Shown here piece after piece: positions 25,998 through 38,915 of a DNA stretch of 64,000 bases. A model generated the notes under the pieces. It saw nothing but the letters and a program-made list of their open reading frames with translations, was not told the origin of the DNA and searched no databases. The number at the start of each line of letters is the position of its first letter. Within the stretch, counting starts at the first letter, position 1. Source of the stretch: Chara braunii (taxonomy: Eukaryota > Plantae > Charophyceae); the NCBI GenBank assembly GCA_003427395.1, contig BFEA01000020.1, positions 3,735,681 through 3,799,680 on the forward strand, in the 5' to 3' direction. A program made the translations under genes and the position numbers.

Positions 25998-26134
25998 ATG
26001 CGCATTTCCAACCGGTTAGATGTAGCACCCCAAGGGGTACCATACGTTCGGGCGTTCGGCCCGTCCCAAATGCCGGTTAACCTGTATATATATTGTCAGA
26101 GAGGGAAAAGGACAACAAACGAGGGGCTGTGACA

Positions 26135-27460
26135 GAATTCAGTTGGTGAACCCTCTACGGTATGGTTGAACCCTCTACAGTATGCAGAGTCTCCTGATCC
26201 ATAATACTGAAGTGATAATCCACCAGAACCCTGGTTGCAGTTACAGTACACAGCCCCATCCTTGTAGAAAAAGAACTCGTCGCGTACTCCGAAGATTCCG
26301 GGGCCCGCCCACCATTGATAAATTTCATAAATGGGCGGCGTCATGTTTCCAGCCTCCAACTCGTGGTGAGGCCCCCGGGGCCGATGTACGCCTGTGTACT
26401 GGTGGGTTGAACAACCAGCTTTACTGGCCAGGTGAGCTCAGTCCCACCAGGGTGTTATGGGGTAGCCGAAAGGGGTTGGGGAAGTTCTCAGGGGACGGTA
26501 AGCGGATAGCTGCGTCTGTCTCAGTCCAGTTCCTGAAGCGTAGACGATTGTCTTTGCCCCTGCTGATCTTAAACCACCAGTACTTGGCCCAGCTATCGAT
26601 GCCGAGCGCCCCAATATTTGCCGAAGCGTCGGGGTACCGTTTCAATTTTTTTTTGGCAGGCGCTTCCAGCCATTGTGGTCTGGTACCCCGAAGCCCTAAA
26701 TGCGAGGCGCGTTAACGGGAAAGCGCCGCGGCCGATAGCTGGGCCAAGTACTGGTGGTCTGGTACCCCGAAGCCCATAGGCGCTTCCACGCATTGTGGTC
26801 TGGTACCCCGAAGCCCTAAAGGCGCGGCGCGTTAACGGGAAAGCGCCGCAGCCACCCTCCCGGTTCCACATGCGCTATTCTTCCCCCTCGATGCCCCTCG
26901 AGCCAATTCTTGCAGAGCTCAGAGATGATTCGTGATAGGTCAGTCTTTTTTGAGAGCTGCTGTAGCTTCTAGGCAGGTTTGGGACCACCAAGCTCTAATC
27001 CCGGTCTCTACCTCATTGCGGATCATGTCGGTTATTTCCCCCCTGCAAACATGTGCGCTGCGCATTCTATAGCCACGGTGGAGCAGCACCACCATAATGC
27101 CCAAAGAACCGTGGGTCAACGAGGTTCTTTGCAAAAGCACTAACTTGGGTGTCCCAATAGCCACACAGGAGGGCCCGCCAGTCCCAGGGTCATTCGCAGT
27201 CTTTTCCCAGTTGCTGCCAGGGCCGGACCCACCATCGTCATTCCACCGGACCAAGGGCCATGGTTTGGCGGACTCTGCCGTATTCACCCAAATAGAAAGC
27301 CCTGTCGTTATTATAGCCTTAATTGGGGCAACTTTCAGTCTAGATACAGCGAGCATGACCCGGCGTTCTATTCAGATGAAGATGGGTAGGACTGTACAGA
27401 TCTATATATTCTCATGTGTAGCCTTCACTCAGAGTTCAGATGCATGTTTGCTTGATGGGT
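26135..27460 (-). mobile_element. 5'-truncated 3' fragment of a LINE-A-related element
   Basis: Minus-strand PWDWRALLCGYWDTQVSAFAKNL and FRNWTETDAAIRLPSPENFPNPF match the ORF2 C-termini at 49391-50199 and about 9060-9540. Boundaries approximate. Confidence 0.7.
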
Positions 27461-28268
27461 TTAGAACCCGAGTCATTGTGGAGTCTGCATTAAGGGGTCA
27501 TTAGAGCAACCCCCCAGAGCGGGATCGTCCAGGCATGTGATGTTTTTTTTGTATTTTGGGGGGGGGAGGGGGGAGCTGGTCACGTCAGTAAAGTTTTTTC
27601 TTTTTTTTCTTTTTTCTGGGAGTTGGGCATGTGGGTAGAGCAATGTGGTGTGCAAGCGCACAAGTCGTTATCTTATAAGACAAAGGGCCTCTTCCACTAC
27701 TCACCAAATGTGCAAAATGAGAACGAATCTTCCGTTAGAACAGGGAAGATATGCCGGCATATTTTTTGTCTTTTGTACATGCATGCGGTGAGCAGTGGAG
27801 TGAGGCCCAAACTCGCCAAAATAGGTATTGACAACTCAAATAGTCGACCCAGCACATCAATAGGATCATTAATTACCCCAAAATATGCCAGCTGGATCTT
27901 CCGAAAGCAATGTGAGATCTCAAGAACACATTCCATCAGTTTTACATAACAGCCTCTACAACAACCTGGGCTTCTTAGCAAAAACAAAAAACAAAAAACA
28001 GCAGGCATGGCTGCAGAGGATTCTTCTGCCCAACAGGTGGCTAGCACTGAGCGACTGGCTGGCTGAAAATACTTCTTTTCCCTTTTTTTTTTAGCAAACC
28101 TCACCCCATTATATTTTCAACCAGAAGGGGAAGCCGGGAATCCTCCACAAACAACCCGGAGAGAAACGGGGACTGGGACCATTACTGAGCTTCGGCTTAA
28201 GGCGACGGGATTTTGTCCATGTACAGAAGTGAACCAACTCTTGGCCGCTGCCCTGCCTTCCTCATCCC

Positions 28269-29156
28269 TTGGAACAAAAAAAAAAAAAAAAAAAAAAAAC
28301 GGAAAAGAACCCATCCAACGTGGCCTCCAAAAGCCAAACAACTGAGGGAAAAAAACAAGAGAAGAAACCGTCCATCGTGGCCTCCAAAGCCAAACAATCC
28401 CATGGAGAGGCCGGATGGAGATCCATCCGGCTAAAGGAACTAGTAAACCTGACAAAGTATCAACTCGACAATGGTTTCTTTACGGTCTCCGGGCAGATTC
28501 TGCGCCAAAAGAAAGGAATTCCGATGGGAGGGCGTGCCAGCCCTCCCCTCGCTTGTGTGATGTGCATGCTGGCAGAATACCGCTTTATTCAGACCCTGGG
28601 AGTCGATCAGAGACTGATTTTCGGCAAGAGGTACATTGACGATCTCCTGGTGTTTTCCTTTTTCGACAGGAATGAGCCGGAGGACAAGGTCAGGGCCACG
28701 GAACGCTTGGATGTGGTAGCAAAGTGTTATCCAAAGGGCCTAGTTCTGGAGCGAACAGACGTTGGGAACGGGATACTCGATTTCCTAGAAACAAGAATGA
28801 TCGTAACTGAAGAAAGCGGGCACGTGTTGACAGCTCATAAATTCAAGAATGCAGGATCGATTTGGGATCAAGGGCAACTGCACTTTTTAACTTATAAATC
28901 TTGGGCATCGTATGGACCAAGTTCCGCAAGATATGCCACGATTGCAAACACTGTGCTGAGGATCAGGAATAACTCCAATGATGACGGGATGGTATGTTGG
29001 GGTGTACTAACATTGGCTGAAGAACTGCAGAAATTGAAGTATCCCACCAGGGGTCTGATTGCCGGACTAAAGTGGATGCAGAGGCGGGAGAAATTCCCGC
29101 TCTGGGAGAAGCTACGCGAACTGATATCCATGTTTCAGGGAAATCCGGTGGAGTGA
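28269..29156 (+). mobile_element. Penelope-like element reverse transcriptase, C-terminal part (5'-truncated)
   Basis: NGFFTVSGQILRQKKGIPMGGRASPPLA, RYIDDLL and LDFLET are PLE-type RT motifs, followed by a thumb region. No GIY-YIG after the RT. Real coding probably starts near 28410. Confidence 0.85.
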
Positions 29157-30199
29157 CCATGGAATCAGATTCGAGATTTACTGGCACTGCCAGCGTATGT
29201 GTACCAGGGGCATGGGCGCAAGGCGCGGTGCTCGCGCGCTCAGATTTGGAGTTACCGGGTAAGTCAGGGGAAGCATGCTGAGCTGACGGGAAAAAGTCGA
29301 AACCGCGGCCTGCGGTGGACCCGCCCAAAGCGCCCAAAGGCGGGAAGGTTTTCTAGTTGTCAGCTAAAGGGGGCCGCCCAGTTGCAATGGCGGTATCATT
29401 GTCTTGTGACCAGGTACATTTGGACGAGGGTTCTTGAGGTATAATACGCGAAACCCGTATTGGTTCATCGTATGGTAGTTTTAACTTAAGCTGTTTGTCA
29501 TTTTATGANGTATCACCCAGGTATACTGGCAGGTTCTGTGACCAGATACATCGGGGTTTAGACTTTTGAGGGACAACGCGCGATGCGCGGCGAAAAAGGG
29601 AAGTTTTCCAGGCAGGAGGTGTGCCCACTACAGGGAAAGCACNTACGAGCAGTAGGGAAGAAAAAGTAGTATAAAATAAGTACGGTAGTCACTTCAAGTT
29701 ACCTCAATCTGAGTGGCGTTAGAGTGGAAGGATTGAGATGCCCGGTGGTGTCGTGCCGAGCGATGTGGGGGGGAAGATGGTGACGCCATGATATTAATGC
29801 TCTAATCATCTTCTTCCGTAATTATTGCCAATGTGTGTATTGTCTCACTAGATTAACCATCACCGCCTCTAAGAGCAAAAAAAGCTAAAGACGGATAATC
29901 CCATAACAGAGAAAGGACAGCAAATGACTTGCCTATTTATAATAAAGGAGGAGAAAACAGTAAATCCTATTCCTACCAAGGCATCATTCCACCTACATGC
30001 GGTGGGTGGTTTCCCGTGGAACCCAGTACCAAGGGACAGTCTCCACTCCCTCCTTCCACAAACCCAACTGCCTGTCTCCTGTGACCAAATGCAACCGAGT
30101 GGGCAGGTTGGGCCCTGTGGGATACCATAAATCGCCACAACCCAGGCTATCACCCTCCTAAACCTATTGATTTCCTACGTGTTCCTGCAGCAACTTGAA

Positions 30200-33100
30200 C
30201 TCTTTTTTTCTTTTTCTTTTTTTTTTCTTACAAAAAACACCCCAACCGGTGCTAGTGCTGCTGATAAGAGCAGACACCACTAGCACCCAGGGAGAGGTTC
30301 CATCTATTGGTGGGGAGCGTCACCTGCTGGAAATCGGGTCCAGCGTCCCATTTACAAAATGGTCTGGGGATTCTGAAAAGAACCTGTGGCCAGTAACTGT
30401 GGGACCTGCCAGCATTGATTGCCCTGCAAACAGGGGATTGACTGAGCAGGCCTGTAAAAAGACCAGCAGTGCAACAAACTTGAACTCATGCTTTGAAAAA
30501 TCAATCATCTAATACTACCTTCTCGTCTCGGATCTCAGGAAGTTTTCCCTGTAGGCACCATGTTTCTCGGAACCATTGTGTTCCCTTTCCTTTGTTGCCA
30601 CTGTCGCTGTTGATTCTTGGCGTTACTATTCTTCTCCAGTCTGCCAGGATCGCTCTCCGCAGGGCTTGCCAGGAGGTCGATCTGATCTGCTTGTTCGTCC
30701 ATTCCTTCTGATTGAATACTGTGTCATTGCAGCCTTGCCAAATGACTTATATGGCCACCGCCCGGCAGACCTGGGCCACATATCCCCAGCCCTTATTTAG
30801 GCTGAAACTCTCTGGTACCCCACCCAGCAGGGTCCATTCTTTCGTCCAGGGGAAGATCCCCCCAGTGCACTGGTCCCAAAAGCTGCTCCATCATCTCCAG
30901 ATTCTCGCCGAGGCTGGCCAGTCCCACCACAGGTGGACCAGTGATTCGAACGCCCAATCACATCTGATACACTTCAACTCAAGTTTCATCCTCCTTTCCG
31001 AGAGCCATACTGCACAGGGCGTCGCTGCTAGTGAGATGAGCCATAGGATTGAGGCCTGACGCTGACACTGGATAATCTTCAGTTGTTCTCAGCACCTGGT
31101 CAAGGCTTTGCTTATCCGAGGTGCATCTTCTTCCAGCAGTTGGGACCAACGTGTTCTTGCAACTACTGCCGGGTGCTTTGAAGGGATCCTAAATCTGTAT
31201 CCCAGTTTCTGCGCGTAATCCATCAGGCAAACATTTCCCCCTTGCCTGCCCTACGCTCGCCATTCCCAGCTTTTCGGGTCTACTTTGAGTTTGGCCACCA
31301 GTTTTCTGTAAGTGAACATCACGCAGGACGTTTCAGTTTCAAAGACGCGGACTTGTTTCAGTCGAGATCCCACTTGTGGCTGAGTTTCTGGGTCACCTAG
31401 GGTTAACTTGTCACGCACTGCTAAGTCCCAGGCTTGGAAAACTCTCTTCCCACGCGGCTGGACCATCAGCAACTTCCAAAGCTTATGTTCATCACCGTTC
31501 AGATTCACGTACCATGTCCCAGGGGGGTCCACTGCCTCTGGTTGCAATTGCAACTTCCACTCCTTTAGGAGTGCTTCAATAATGGCTCGCCTGCAGGCCT
31601 CTACCCCCCTTAACTGTACCAGCTTCATTCTCAATTCTTCTTCTGATAGCCGCGTTTCTGAAAATTCATTCCAAATATCCTTGAGTCGCAGTACACCCCG
31701 TTCGATCCATGATCGACCAAAGCTTTCCGGCTTTGTATCTGCTTCAAACCATCCACCCATCGCTCGTATGCAGGTGTTTTCGAAGATTGGCTGGGCCAGA
31801 ACCGCAATTTTTGTCGTCGGTGGATTCCGCACGTCTGTACATAACTTCTTCCAGGCTTGGATGACTGCAGACCAGAAACCCTATTTTACATTTATGCAAA
31901 ATAGAAATTAATTATTCCTACTAATTATCCTTTGCGCAGGGCGCCATCATCCGCTTGCTCTACATTCTAAACTATCATTAGGGCATTCGTGCCAGTTTTC
32001 AAATATAGAACATCCTAATCAGTACCCCCGCTAAATCTTTCATATTGTTGTTCTGACATTATCATAATCATCTGCAAATACTCGCTATTTCGTAGTCTAG
32101 ATTAATATCTTCTAAAATCACCATCATTATCTTCATCATCAGTTTTGGTCTCCCTGGCTTTCCCTCGCTGGTTTATGGTTCAATTCAGTTGTGATGGTAG
32201 GTGGTTTAAGGTGGGGAGGCTCTACTTCGCAAAGGCAGCACAAGGAGGGAGGTGCTCGCCCTATAGGGAGTAAGGGCAGATTCGGGGACTGTTCTAATCT
32301 GGGGCTGGGAGGGATGAAAGGGGTCGCATCACCTTCTAAGCAGTGGCAGATTAGGGCAGAGGCAGATAGAGGTGTACCATTAGGGGGATTTGGTTGCCTT
32401 GAGGGGAGTAAGGAACGATGAGGTGTCATTCCCTTGTTGGTGCTGAAACGAACTGCCTGTTTTCAGTGCAATTCTGCTCAACGGAGGCAGCAGGGGGGTG
32501 AAGGGGAGGTAGGGGGGGGGAAGAGATGGGGAGGAGAGGGGAAGCTCAACCCTAATCAACATTATCATCAACATCATCATCTGCTTTTTCACTGGTCTTT
32601 TCATTATTGTCCTTTTCCAACTTTTTTCTCCTCTAAGTCGCTATTCATTGAATACAGGCGAGACGGCAAGCGGGTAGTATGGAGGGAACTGATCTCTATA
32701 GGAGCATCACAAGGTGGGAGGTGATTGCTCTGTAAGGAGTAAAGGTTGAACGTGGGATGTACTAACCCGGAGCTGGATAACATCTAGCGGTGGCGGATTA
32801 GAACAGCGGAAAGATCGAAGCATATTTTTGGGGGAATGGTATGCGTCGAGGTAAGCAGGGTTGCAAGTGGGTCTGCCCTTAGTTGGGGCTGAAGAGGACT
32901 GCTCCTCATCCGGGTGGTTCATTCAGCGGAGGCAACAAGGGGCGGAAAGGGACAGGCAAAAGGAGAGGAAGAGGTAATCTCCATCATCCAATCTTCATCA
33001 TCAGAAGGTTGTTTCTGTTTAGGATTTACTGGAATCAGATCCTGGAATGCTAGGTGTCATTATTGAATTAGCAGTTTCTTGCATGTGCTGTGTTTTTGTA

Positions 33101-36100
33101 ATTGCCCAGGTTGAGTTGATGCCAGAACGGCGCTGGCCAGTGCTGGGGCTTGCCTTGTAACCTGGATGAGTAGGAGCTTGCGGCCTTGTAGAGAGATCTG
33201 GGGATTGCTGAGGGAGGAAGGCGATTCAGTAACTTGACTGACGACTACAATTAGGAGTGACAAGGGTCGGAGCTGGGGTGGGTAGCGCTGCCCTGTAACT
33301 CAGCTAGATTGAGGGCGTGAGACCGGGTAGAGGCTTGATTGGTACAGGACACAACTCTATTTAAGGGATGCTGAATTGATAAGTTCACCTGAATTTAGGG
33401 ATAGGATTGAAATTGAATCCGGAGTAGAATGACCTTCTAGCTAATCTTCCTAGTTTATAATCCAGTAGCGTATAGCCTTTTGAATCATCCTGAATCTTCC
33501 TGAATCATCCAGAATCATCTGGAATCATCCTCAAATCATCCTGAACCATTATTANNNNNNNNNNNNNNNNNNNNNNNNNNNNNNNNNNNNNNNNNNNNNN
33601 NNNNNNNNNNNNNNNNNNNNNNNNNNNNNNNNNNNNNNNNNNNNNNNNNNNNNNNNNNNNNNNNNNNNNNNNNNNNNNNNNNNNNNNNNNNNNNNNNNNN
33701 NNNNNNNNNNNNNNNNNNNAAAAAAAAAAAAAAAAAAAAAAAATGGGAGGAAGATACACGTCCACACATCTTGTTCCCGTGGTAGCTTCCATTCTCTAGC
33801 TAGGATCCTTTCTGTTACACTACCCAGTGGGGTACTGGCTCCTCCAGACACGCCCTGATTATCCATTTTACTACCATGGCATCGTTTTGTTTGCCAGGGT
33901 CGATGATGCCCAGTCCACCTTCCGTACAGGGCATGCAAAGCATCTCTCATGCTACTTTCGAAATGAAGGCCTCATCTTCCTTTGCATATGGTTTCCATAT
34001 GAACTTCGCAGCTCTCCTCTAGATTAATTTGTAAGTTGGGTCCCCAAGCTTCCTAACTGCACCGACGAACCATAAAAGTCCAAACAGTGCGCCACAAAAG
34101 TGCAAACAGTGCTCCTTTCAGAACCAGCGAACATCCAAACAGTGAGAGGTGGGGTGCCTTACCCCAGGTAGCCAGACGTTGCAGTGACCTCTGTAGTAGT
34201 AGGTCATCTTGGATTCTGAGCAGTCTAGTAGGGAGATTTGTACCCCTAGGAAGCGCTCTGCTTTGTCTTCTATGATGTGATTCATCCCCCATTCCACGAC
34301 CAATTTGAATAGCGTCGGGAGCAGAAACTGATTTGTTCCAGTTTATTGCTGCTTCCGACAACAAAAAATATTCACCTAAGCAGGTTTTGATAGCAAAAAC
34401 GGTGTATTTTAAGAGACCGCGAACAATTCGTCCGCAAGTGCCTTCACTATGTATTCTGACTCCCCTACTGGCATTCCCATGATGCTTGGATGCCCGAATG
34501 TTATTAAGTATGACTTCAAATTAAACGATGAAGAGCGAGGGGGGGGGCAGGCACCCTTGTCTTAGTGACCTCATTAGAGGGAACTCTGCAGATAGAGGAC
34601 CATTGATCATTACAGAGGTCGTCGATAGGGTGTATAAAGTCACTGCCCATGCTATAAAATTCTCCCCAAAACCCAGCCACCTTAGACGTATGACCAATTT
34701 ACCCGGTCGTACTCTTTCTCCAGGTCCAATAATAACACTGAGATATTCGTGTTTTTTGCCTGTACCAGTTCTAGCGTTTCGATGGCGGTAACTATGTTAT
34801 CAAAAATCAATCTTCCCTGTACGGAGGCTGCTTGGTCGGACTTTACTAGATCCGGTAGATAACGACACAGGCGGCAGGCTAAGACCTTCGCCAAAATTTT
34901 ATACGATACATTTAATAGCGAAATAGGTCGTCAGTTCCTAATCTTCGAACGGTCCCGTTTCTTTAACAGAACAGAGATCACTTCCTTGCACATGTTCTCT
35001 GAGAGTTTCCCCCAACAAAACTTAGTTGTAAATTTTCACCAAGTGTGGGCCGACTACCTCCCAAAGTGTCAGACACATCTCAGCGGGAAGACCGTCATTT
35101 CCAAAGGTTTTCCCCTTTGACATCAATTTGATGGGGCGGCCAAGGTCTAAGCATCCATATTGTGAGAATCTAACCGTAGTGTTATTCCAATGGTTATTTC
35201 CCATGTTCAGCTCTGTAATAATATTGGCGCCCTGTGTTATAGAGGCGAGTTCCGATAGTAAAGGGTTGCGTAGTTACACAGATCTGTGAGATCCTTAGCT
35301 ACCGCTGCTTCCCTATTGAAGGGATGGCATAATTTCTTCATTAACACCAACGAACGGTGTGGCAACAGTTTCTGAAAAGTTTCCCGTGTCATTCTATCAT
35401 AAACTATTAGTCTCTTTACTCTTATCCGATCCTCGCATACCTCAGACTTCTTTTGTTGTAGATCATCCCACTGTTGCATGAGCTTCGCCCTCTCTTTTCC
35501 CCAGACCAAGTTCGACACTGAATGTTCCAACATACGGCTTTTTGCATACTCGATTCTCCGACAAATGTCCCTTTCCTATTTCTTGCGATCGTGTGCCACG
35601 ATTCTTGAGAAAATGCTCAGCTTGTTGGAGAAGATGGTGGTTTCAGCATCCCACCATTGATCAGTGGTGGGGTAGTGCGGCTTTGCCGCCTGTCATTCCT
35701 GCCATAATTTCTCCATCCAGGCCCTCAAACCCGGGTCCTCCAGGTTTTGTAGGTTAAAACGAAACAATCTTGATCCCCTATTAGATGGACCTATTGCAAT
35801 CCTCATGCAAACCGGTTTATGATCCGAGGAGGGATGGGCTTACTCATGAATTGAGGTGATCGACTCCCAAATTATGGAAGGGGTAAGGAAAAAGTATAAT
35901 CTTCATTTGATAATTCATATTCTAGGCCGTGGGTTCGAGAACCACGTTAAGCCTTGTTTGTCTGGTTGGCTAAGCCCGTAAGGATCGATCAATTTTAATT
36001 CACTCATTAGACTAAGCCAGGCTTCTTGATCCCTCATCGGTCGTCCGTTCCGGTTGGCTATCGAGGTGTCTAGAGACACATTTCCATCCCCTGCGACTAA

Positions 36101-38900
36101 TATTCGCTCGCAATTTGGGAAGACATATAGCAATTCGGTGAAGAATATGGTTCGACCCTAATGATCCACCGGAGCATACATTGATACAGCAATCCAATCT
36201 TGCCCATCAATGTTGAGTTTTACCCAGGTCCATCATCCCCATAAATCTGCATAAAAATCCACTATTTCCACTTCCCAGCCTTTGTAGATTAATATACTCA
36301 CCCCGCCTCTGGAGCTTTGAGATGGGAACCGAATTTGAGGGTTGTCCCACCATCTGCCTAATTCATTAATCTTTTCCTCACATAACTTGGTCTCCTGAAG
36401 ACAAATCAATTGAATGTTGTTCTCATGAATCGATGACTTAATCCTATCCTTCTTGAACCTATCGCCTGAATTCCTCATTCCCCAAACATTCCATGTTGCC
36501 AAGTTAAACCTGCCCATTGCTTACTACCCCTTGTGCTTGTTGGAGTGAGGGGTGGGAGTCAGAGGGTTTGCGAGAGCTACTAGACACACCCACTATCCAT
36601 GGCATTGTGAGTGTTGAGTGCAAAAATGGAGAGAGTAACTTTTTTATCTGTTGGGAGCTTGCCTTCAATCTCAGCGAGACATTTGGCTGACTTGAATGGA
36701 GACGCCCCAATACGACCTAGCTTCTGCGTCTTTCGTTTGACCAGCCAACTCAATGGGAGAAGGCGTAAGCCTTCTTTCTCGAACTGTTCTAGTTGACCCG
36801 TTGCCAAGCGAGCATCCAGAAGCGGGGCGAATACTTTTATCTTCCTCCCGTTTTCTGGATTATCCACAATGAGCCTTGGCATCAGTAACTCCGGGACTAA
36901 GAGAAATAAGAACTTATCCATGATGGAAGACCGAACAAGGGAAGCAATTGCTGAAGGCATTGGGGATTCAGGTGATGACAGAGTGATTAAGTTTACAGAT
37001 CCATCCGAGGAACCAAGTCGAATTGTGATGATGGAAGCAGAAAATTGGGAGGATGCGACCATCGACGTTGTCCTACTGTCACGGCTTACCAACACAGGAG
37101 TGCATTTCCTTGTTGTTTTCGATCCCAAAGTCCCAATTGCCTGAAGATCTCTCGAGTTCTCCGGAGAGGGCAGGGATAGATAGGATCTTCAATCCTCCTC
37201 ATCCAAGCCGACCACGCTTCCTTCCATGCTTAATCTTTGCTGCTTGTCTGGAGTTGGCCTTCGGTTCCTTTCCACAGGGGTACCACCGTCTTTGGATTCC
37301 TATGTTGCTCTGTCATGAGTCGTCACTCCTACCCTTCTCCATCTTCTACGGTTGTTTTGTACAATGTGCGTCACTCCATGTTTGAGCCACCACCAACCCC
37401 GCGGGTTGCCCTGGCCGTTGACATGCCCTGTTGGGGAGTTTCCACCGGTTGAGGTGTCGTTCCTAACGGAGGTATTCCAGGTATACCTCCTCTCATTTGG
37501 AACAGTTCCCTCTACATGGGTGACGGTTCACCATAGATTTGATATGACATTCCCAATCCACTGTGCATCACTGCCACTTGAGTTGTCGGCCCTGAGGCAC
37601 CCAGGGCATAAAAGCCGAAAGTTCCCCAAAAATTCTAGTAGGGAAAGCTCCAGGATTCCCGGAGAAAAAAGGGGGTCCTAGGTAAGGTGGGAAGAATGTT
37701 GGGTTGTTGAGCACCCTCTGGTATAGCGAGTTCCCTTGCTGACATCCAACTCCACTTGCCCTTGTCTCCGAATTGCTTGGTCTTGGTCCCAACGGTCCTT
37801 GATAGGCTGGTTACTAGGAGGTCGTTGTCTGGACTCTTGTTTGGTGTTGTAGTTCAAGTCTTACTGTCGTTGGCGGTTGCATCTACACTCTGAAAGAAGG
37901 CACGACATCTTTTGCAGCGAGGGGTGTATGACGATACTAGATTCACTTTTAGCGAGTCTCCCTCAAAGGTGATGATGCAAATTTTATCCTTCACGTTTGC
38001 TCTGCAGGTGGGATCGACATTGAACCTCAAGTCAACCAGCGCCTACTTCAATTTGTCTTGCTCCGCCGGATGCGTAAGAATTACTGGTCCGATCGCCTTT
38101 CAGATTTGTGCCTCGATATAGAACATTGCATCCAAAGGAATTTGGACCACAATGACCCAAAAGGTTGCTTCGTCCTCCACACACCGCTGATCCTTAAGTT
38201 GAGCCTTTGTCAACCAAGGTTTGAACTCGCACACATAGTTCGTAGTGTCGAGGTTGACTTTGTCCCTGCCTTTCTCAATCATCTAAGTTGCCATAGCTAG
38301 ACTCTTCACGCAGGATGACAGTTTCAACTGAGAGCTTTCGAAGAGGACGAATCAAGATTGAAAGTCCGAACGTGGTGTCATACGGTCGTCCTCGTACGCT
38401 CTCACTATGTCGTCTTTGACTTTCTTCGGTAAGAATCTCGCTCCTTCCCTAAAAATCACGGTGACAGTATGTGCCTTCAACCACTTCACTTTAGTCCTTT
38501 CAATCTGCCTATTAACTCAAAAAGTTACTTCTCTACCCGGAACCGTCATCTCACCCGGATCGATGGTTGAGGGAAACATCCCTTCTTTATAGCACAATCG
38601 GGCTAATTCTCGGATGCGGTCATCTTCTTCGTCTCCTAGCTGGTCATTCGGTCCTGGAGGAGGGGAACAAGGTTCCCTTCCCATTTCCGTGTCGCCCTCC
38701 GCCATCGCTTAAAAAGCTAATCCGCGTATAGAGATGAGTTTGATTGCTAACTTATCCCGATGAAAGATACTTCGTCAACCCTAATTCACATATTACTAAG
38801 TTTCTTCACTTGCTTGGGTGCTAGAGATTTAGAGATGGTGATTGCCCTTAGGATACGCTATTCCCCTAGACTAGGTGCGCATCCTACGTAAAAGGCCGCG
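30200..38900 (-). mobile_element. LINE-B: near full-length decayed L1-clade LINE, interrupted by a ~1.8-kb insertion
   Basis: ORF1 remnants 36580-38705. ORF2 starts MGRFNLATWNVWG...ICLQETKL (36517), then AGDGNV, GNDGLPAE, LDLEKEYDRVNW, and a C-terminal CIRC...ESLVHLWWDW near 30900-30975. T-rich tail at about 30202-30228. Confidence 0.88.
31910..33742. other. Unclassified insertion inside LINE-B ORF2 (partly N-gap, ends in an A-tract)
   Basis: The LINE-B frame reads EQDVWTCIFLP to about 33743 and resumes at FWSAVIQAWKKL below about 31900. The intervening DNA has no LINE motifs. Confidence 0.55.
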
Positions 38901-38915
38901 ACCGGTAGAAGGGGA

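Noticed and set aside
29278-29325. Hammerhead-like ctgacgg...gtcgaaaccgcggcc downstream of the Penelope RT
   Set aside because: Lacks invariant A9 and U16.1 and has no convincing stem I. At best a decayed relic.
29869-30190. WYWVPRE resembling an RNase H C-terminus
   Set aside because: The following N..AD motif is absent; too little evidence.
33743-33760. gaagatacac similarity to the 10440 hairpin
   Set aside because: It is LINE-B coding sequence (WTCIFLP); the match is short and probably chance.
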